Assembly (NCBI RefSeq): GCF_020991365.1
Contig: NZ_JAJLRA010000044.1
Location: 1-24,000 of the forward strand
Length of the DNA: 24,000 bases
Reading direction: 5' to 3'
Origin: Streptacidiphilus sp. ASG 303
GTDB taxonomy: Bacteria; Actinomycetota; Actinomycetes; Streptomycetales; Streptomycetaceae
The position numbers and the translations under genes are program-made. Under the pieces are notes generated by a model, which saw nothing but the letters and a program-made list of their open reading frames with translations, was not told where the DNA came from and searched no databases. Below, piece after piece: positions 17,456-24,000 of this stretch. Numbering within the stretch: the stretch's first letter is position 1; each line of letters opens with the position of its first letter.

Positions 17456-17547
17456 GCCGCCGGACGCGCGGGGCGGCCCTGACGCACCCGCCTGAAGGCG
17501 CAGCTTCAGGACGAGGGGAGAGAGGAGAGGGGGCGGCGGCCCTCGTC

Positions 17548-17601
17548 CCGTCGGCGGTCCCCGCCCCGTCGGCCGCCCCCGTTCCGTCGGGCGCCCCGCC
17601 C
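17548..17601. repeat. 18-bp imperfect tandem repeat x3 (CCGTCGG core every 18 bp)
   Basis: CCGTCGGCGGTCCCCGCC / CCGTCGGCCGCCCCCGTT / CCGTCGGGCGCCCCGCCC, immediately downstream of the GNAT stop codon at 17609. Confidence 0.8.
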
Positions 17602-17608
17602 GGGCCCG

Positions 17609-18166
17609 TCAGCCGGCCGCCGGGCCCGGGACCCGGTCGGTGGGCAGCAGCGAGCCGACCCAGCCGTCCCGGCGCCCGCCCCGGTGCTCCAGGTAGGAGC
17701 GCAGGGTCCCCTCGACGGTGAAGCCCACCCGCTCCGCCACCGCCCGGGAGGCGGTGTTGCCCACCTCCGCGTACCACTCCAGGCGCTGGACGCGGAGGGT
17801 GTCGAAGGCCCAGCGGGCGACGGCGGCGACGGCCTCGGCGGTGAGGCCGCGTCCCCGGTGCTCCCGGGCGGTCCAGTAGCCGACCTCCGCGACGGCGGTG
17901 CGCGGGGGGAAGGAGAGGCCGACCGAGGAGACCAGCGCCCCGCCGTCGCGGGTGAAGGTCCCCCAGTTGTAGAGCGTGTCGTTGCGCCAGCCGTCGGGCG
18001 AGATCCGGCCGGTGAACTCCTCCGCGTGCTCCGGTAGGTAGGGGGAGGGCACGGTCGTCCACCGCTGGATCTGCTCGTCCTGGCAGGCCCGGTGCACGGC
18101 CCCGGCGTCGCCCGGCTCCAGGGGGCGCAGGAGGAGGCGGGCGGTCTGCATGGTCACGGGTTCCAT
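17609..18166 (-). CDS. GNAT family N-acetyltransferase (RimJ/RimL-like)
   Basis: This is the last 185 codons of the 1247-aa track ORF, starting at the ATG at 18166 (MEPVTMQTARLLLRPLEPGDA...). The ATG at 18151 is an alternative. It has the typical RimJ-like N-terminus and the VGYWTAREHRGRGLTAEAVAAVARWAF acetyl-CoA motif. The rest of the long ORF is antisense to secA. Confidence 0.85.
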   Translation of the reverse strand: MEPVTMQTARLLLRPLEPGDAGAVHRACQDEQIQRWTTVPSPYLPEHAEEFTGRISPDGWRNDTLYNWGTFTRDGGALVSSVGLSFPPRTAVAEVGYWTAREHRGRGLTAEAVAAVARWAFDTLRVQRLEWYAEVGNTASRAVAERVGFTVEGTLRSYLEHRGGRRDGWVGSLLPTDRVPGPAAG

Positions 18167-18520
18167 GGGCGCGAGTATCGCGGAGCCCGCCGGGGCGGGT
18201 GACGGCTCCCGGGCGCGGGGCCCCTCCCCGCGGGCCGCCGCCCCCCTCGCGGGCGCCGGCCCCCGCCGCAGGCCGCCCCGGGCCGGGAACGCCGCGCCCG
18301 CCCCGGACGTCGTCCCTGGTGTGCGGGGCGCCCGTCGTCCGTTCCGCCCGGATTGGGGGATCTGCGCACCGCCCTCCCCCGGGTGACACGGGATCGCGGC
18401 GCTGACGGACCTCCCGGCCCGCTGGCCTCCTCGCATACGATGGCCGGTGCGGTGGGGAAGCTCCGCCGTGCAGTCGTGCACCCCCAGCCGGGTGCCAGTC
18501 CAGCCAAGGAGCCCGCTCAC

Positions 18521-21277
<2,757 letters not shown>

Positions 21278-21342
21278 CAGGCCGCCCGCACGGCCGCCCC
21301 GCCCCGGCGGGCGGCGCGGCGGGCGGGCAGGAGGACGCGGAG

Positions 21343-21373
21343 GGCGCCGCACCGGTACGGCCGGGGCGGCGCC
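21343..21373 (+). terminator. Strong GC hairpin about 65 nt after the secA stop (candidate U-tract-less terminator)
   Basis: GGCGCCGC-A-CCGG-TACGG-CCGG-G-GCGGCGCC forms an 8-bp outer stem plus a 4-bp inner stem. It is followed directly by the decamer array rather than a T-run. Confidence 0.45.
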
Positions 21374-21456
21374 CCCGGCCGTTCCCGGCCGTTCCCGGCC
21401 GTTCCCGGCCGTTCCCGGCCGTTCCCGGCCGTTCCCGGCCGTTCCCGGCCGTTCCC
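21374..21456. repeat. Perfect 10-bp tandem array, CCGGCCGTTC x8 (8.3 copies)
   Basis: Counted directly: eight identical head-to-tail units with no mismatch. It lies in the spacer between the convergent secA and Rv3235-family genes. Confidence 0.97.
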
Positions 21457-21494
21457 TGCGGGCCGCTGCGGGCTGCGGCGGGTCCCGGCGGCCC
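21455..21494. repeat. Four degenerate decamers in phase with the perfect array
   Basis: CCTGCGGGCC / GCTGCGGGCT / GCGGCGGGTC / CCGGCGGCCC continue the 10-bp phase up to the stop codon at 21495. Confidence 0.6.
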
Positions 21495-22148
21495 TCAGCG
21501 GGTGTCGACCGCCGCGCACTGCCACTGCGCCGTGCGCGGGTGCCGTTCGAGCCGGAAGGCCACCATCCGGGTGCGGGGGCCGGTGTCGACCCGGGCGCAG
21601 ACCTCCAGCACGCCGGGGGCCGGTGCGCTGTCGTAGACCCGGCGCAGCACGGGCAGCGCCCCGGCGGAACGGGGGCGCAGCGTGCCGCGCTGCACCAGCC
21701 GGGTCAGCTCCCCGTACCCGGTGTGGGTGGTGTGCCGGGCCAGCTGCCCGGCCGGCCGGGTGCCCGTGAGCACCTCGACCAGCCGCTGGGCGAACCGGGT
21801 GGCCAGCCCGTTGAGGTCGCCGCGCGGCGGCGCGCAGTGCAGGCCGGCCGGACGCCGCACCCGTGCGGGGTGCCCCGGCTGGCGGTGGACGCGGCCCAGC
21901 CGCACCGTCCCCGGCGCGGCGGGGGCCGCCGGACCGGTCGGCCGGCGGCCGGGGCAGGGCGCGTCGGGCGGCCCCGGCAGCAGCGGGCGGATCCCGGGGA
22001 GCGGGACCGCCGGTGCGGCGGCCGCGGAGGCGGAGGCGGCGGCCGCGCCGACGGCGGCCTCCCGGCCCGGAGCCCCGGGAAAGGCGGCCCCGGGAAAGGC
22101 GGCCCCCGGAAAGGCGGTCAAGGCGGCTGGCCCTGCGGAATCGACCAT
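21495..22148 (-). CDS. Rv3235-family protein (conserved actinobacterial, function unknown)
   Basis: I place the start at the ATG at 22148 (MVDSAGPAALTAFPG...), giving 217 aa. The C-terminal half, LATRFAQRLVEVLTGTRPAGQLARHTTHTGYGELTRLV...GVLEVCARVDTGPRTRMVAFRLERHPRTAQWQCAAVDTR, matches the pattern I associate with Rv3235-like proteins found near secA. The upstream part of the 441-aa track ORF is Arg-rich off-frame sequence. Confidence 0.72.
   Translation of the reverse strand: MVDSAGPAALTAFPGAAFPGAAFPGAPGREAAVGAAAASASAAAAPAVPLPGIRPLLPGPPDAPCPGRRPTGPAAPAAPGTVRLGRVHRQPGHPARVRRPAGLHCAPPRGDLNGLATRFAQRLVEVLTGTRPAGQLARHTTHTGYGELTRLVQRGTLRPRSAGALPVLRRVYDSAPAPGVLEVCARVDTGPRTRMVAFRLERHPRTAQWQCAAVDTR
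22073..22126. repeat. 15-bp in-frame tandem repeat x3 plus a partial copy (encodes the AFPGA repeat)
   Basis: CCCCGGGAAAGGCGG / CCCCGGGAAAGGCGG / CCCCCGGAAAGGCGG / TCAAGGCGG on the + strand. The minus-strand translation is TAFPGAAFPGAAFPGAPG. Confidence 0.9.
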
Positions 22149-22524
22149 GATCGGCACCCCCGTGCGGTGGTCGGCGACGGACGGGACCCTTCCTATCCGG
22201 GGTCCGGCGCACGCGGCAACGGGCGTCCCGCGGCGGGGCGCACGACGCCGGACTTCACCTATCCGGGTGACATCGTCCGTCCCCCGCCTCCGGCCGCGCC
22301 CCTCGCCGCACCTGCCGCAGCCCCGCCGTACCCGCCGCCGCCCCGGCCGGGCGGCGGGTCCCGGGCCCCGGCCGCCGACGCGGCGCCGGCCCGGCGCGGT
22401 CCGGGCGGACGTCACCCGAAGGGGCACCCCGCCGGGGGTGGCACCGCCGGACAGGGGGCGCCGGGAGGTTACCGTCGAGGGGAGGCCGGTGGACCGGCCG
22501 GCACCCGGGAAGGCGGGCAGGCGC

Positions 22525-23607
22525 ATGGCGGCGGACGTGTCCGGCATCGGCGGTCCGGGGCCGGACCGCACCCCGTCGCGGTCCGGCCGGGCCGCCCGGG
22601 GCGCACCGCGCCGCGGCCTGGTGCTCGGCGGCGGCGGCATGCTCGGCGCCGCCTGGACGGTCGGCGCGCTCTGCGCCGTCGCGGAGACCGCGGGATGGGA
22701 CCCGCGCGGCGCGGACGTCGTCCTCGGCACCTCGGCCGGATCGATCCTGGGCACCCTGCTGGCGTCCGGCGTCGGCCCGGGGGAGCTGCGCGACCACCAG
22801 CAGGGCCGGGTGGTGGCCACCGGGCCGCTGGTGGGCGTGGAGTTCGACTACGACGCCGCCGTGGGCGGTGCGCTGCCCCCGCGGCCCCGGCCCGGCATCG
22901 GCTCGCCCGGCCTGCTGCGGCAGACCTTCCTCCACCCGCGCGACTACCCGTTCCTCACCATGGTCTCGGCGTTCGTCCCCCCGGGCCGGGGGTCGGTGGC
23001 GCCCATCGGCGACCTCGTGCGGGCGCTGGTCCCGTCCGAGGACGGGTGGGCGGACCGGCCGGGCCTGCGCATGGTCGCGGTCGACTACGAGACCGGGCAC
23101 CGGGTGGTCTTCGGCGACCCGGACGCGCCGGCGGCCGGCGTCGCCGAGGCGGTGATGGCGTCGTGCGCGATCCCGGGCTGGTTCGCGCCGGTCGCCGTGG
23201 ACGGCCGCCGCTACATCGACGGCGGCGCCTGGTCGGCCACCAACGCCGATCTGCTGGCGGGCCGGGGGCTGGACGAGGTGTACGTGCTGGCCCCGATGGC
23301 GGTGCGCCTGCGCACCGTCGTCGGCGGTCCGGCGGCCGCCGGGTCCGGCGGACGGCGGGGCGCCCCCGCGCCGCACGGGGTGCTGGCCCACCTGGTGAGC
23401 CGCTACCGCCGGTCGGTCACCCGGCAGCTGCTCCGCGAGGCCCGGCTGCTGCGCGAGGGCGGCACCCGGGTCCGCCTGCTCGCCCCGACCCTGGACGACC
23501 TGGCGGCGATGGGCCCCAACATGATGGACCCGGCGCGCCGCCCGGAGGTGCTGGAGACGGCGCTGCGGACCTGCGGCGCCGTCCTGGCGGCCACGCACCG
23601 GGGCTGA
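22525..23607 (+). CDS. Patatin-like phospholipase
   Basis: I place the start at the ATG at 22525 (MAADVSGIGGPG...), giving 360 aa. Oxyanion motif LVLGGGGMLGAAW (G-G-G-x-x-G). Nucleophile elbow GTSAGS (G-x-S-x-G). Catalytic Asp motif YIDGGAWS (D-G-G). The upstream 281 codons of the track ORF are antisense to the Rv3235-family gene. Confidence 0.88.
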   Translation: MAADVSGIGGPGPDRTPSRSGRAARGAPRRGLVLGGGGMLGAAWTVGALCAVAETAGWDPRGADVVLGTSAGSILGTLLASGVGPGELRDHQQGRVVATGPLVGVEFDYDAAVGGALPPRPRPGIGSPGLLRQTFLHPRDYPFLTMVSAFVPPGRGSVAPIGDLVRALVPSEDGWADRPGLRMVAVDYETGHRVVFGDPDAPAAGVAEAVMASCAIPGWFAPVAVDGRRYIDGGAWSATNADLLAGRGLDEVYVLAPMAVRLRTVVGGPAAAGSGGRRGAPAPHGVLAHLVSRYRRSVTRQLLREARLLREGGTRVRLLAPTLDDLAAMGPNMMDPARRPEVLETALRTCGAVLAATHRG

Positions 23608-23840
23608 CCCGGGGCCGATCCGGCGCGGACGTGGCCGGGACCGGGGGAGTGACCCGGCCGGAACGGCACGCGGCGGGCCCGGGGCGGGGACGGAAGGGCC
23701 CGGCGGGCGGCGCGGTGATCACCTCCGGCCGTATCCTGGTCGGCGGTGCGGCTGCAGGGTCCGCACCCGGACCCGCTCCCGTGGATCGCGGACGGGCCCG
23801 GCCCCCACGACCCGGCGACCCACGACCCGGAGCGGCCCCG

Positions 23841-24000
23841 ATGCGCGTGTACGTCCCCACCACCCTCAACGGCCTGGCCGCGGCGCACGCCGCGGGCGAG
23901 CTCGGCCCGGCGCCGCTGCATGCGTACGCCGTCACCCCGGCGCTGCGCGAGTGGTACCTCAGCGACGACATCGAGGAGCTGGAGTACGCCGCGCTGGTCC
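23841..24000 (+). CDS. Conserved actinobacterial hypothetical protein, N-terminal fragment (runs off the window)
   Basis: The ATG at 23841 opens a high-GC3 frame: MRVYVPTTLNGLAAAHAAGELGPAPLHAYAVTPALREWYLSDDIEELEYAALV... It is absent from the ORF track because no stop falls within the window. The sequence resembles a conserved actinobacterial family that I cannot name with certainty. Confidence 0.55.
   Translation, partial: MRVYVPTTLNGLAAAHAAGELGPAPLHAYAVTPALREWYLSDDIEELEYAALV

Noticed and set aside
21374-21456. Decamer array considered as a CRISPR array
   Set aside because: The units are 10 bp long and directly abutting, with no spacers, and there are no cas genes nearby. It is a simple tandem repeat.
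21374-22126. The decamer array and the 15-bp array as inverted terminal repeats of a small mobile element bracketing the Rv3235-family gene (shared CCGGGAA[C/A]GGC core in opposite orientation)
   Set aside because: The similarity is only 11 nt with one mismatch, in low-complexity GC-rich sequence. One array is in-frame coding sequence. There are no target-site duplications or transposase, and the enclosed gene is a conserved core gene.

Overview
Very GC-rich sequence (roughly 70-75% by eye, not computed). It looks like conserved chromosomal core of a Streptomyces-like actinomycete, not an accessory island. Family names come from motif and sequence recognition only; no BLAST or HMM search was possible. 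Gene order: the 3' end of an rrn operon (23S tail, 5S rRNA, terminator); a GNAT acetyltransferase; a five-gene minus-strand operon (GDPD-type polytopic membrane protein, DUF4129, DUF4350, MoxR AAA+ ATPase, DUF58) joined by ATGA/GTGA overlaps; mtnA; the cell-envelope block mtrA-mtrB-lpqB; a ComF-family phosphoribosyltransferase; long-form hpf; an orphan NarL/LuxR response regulator; a YcaQ/AlkZ-like DNA glycosylase; a RimJ-like GNAT; secA; an Rv3235-family protein; a patatin-like phospholipase; and the start of one more conserved ORF. I found no transposase, integrase, CRISPR array, toxin-antitoxin pair, defence genes or compositional break. Most long ORFs in the six-frame track are antisense or off-frame artefacts of high GC. 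I see no convincing novel multi-gene system. The most unusual features are non-coding. First, a perfect 8-copy 10-bp tandem array follows a strong hairpin in the convergent secA/Rv3235-family spacer. Second, short tandem repeats with 8-18 bp units recur in spacers and at the ends of genes. Third, there are several palindromes and direct repeats in promoter regions. Fourth, the MoxR operon is conserved but functionally uncharacterised. All start codons are inferred from sequence and could be off by a few codons.
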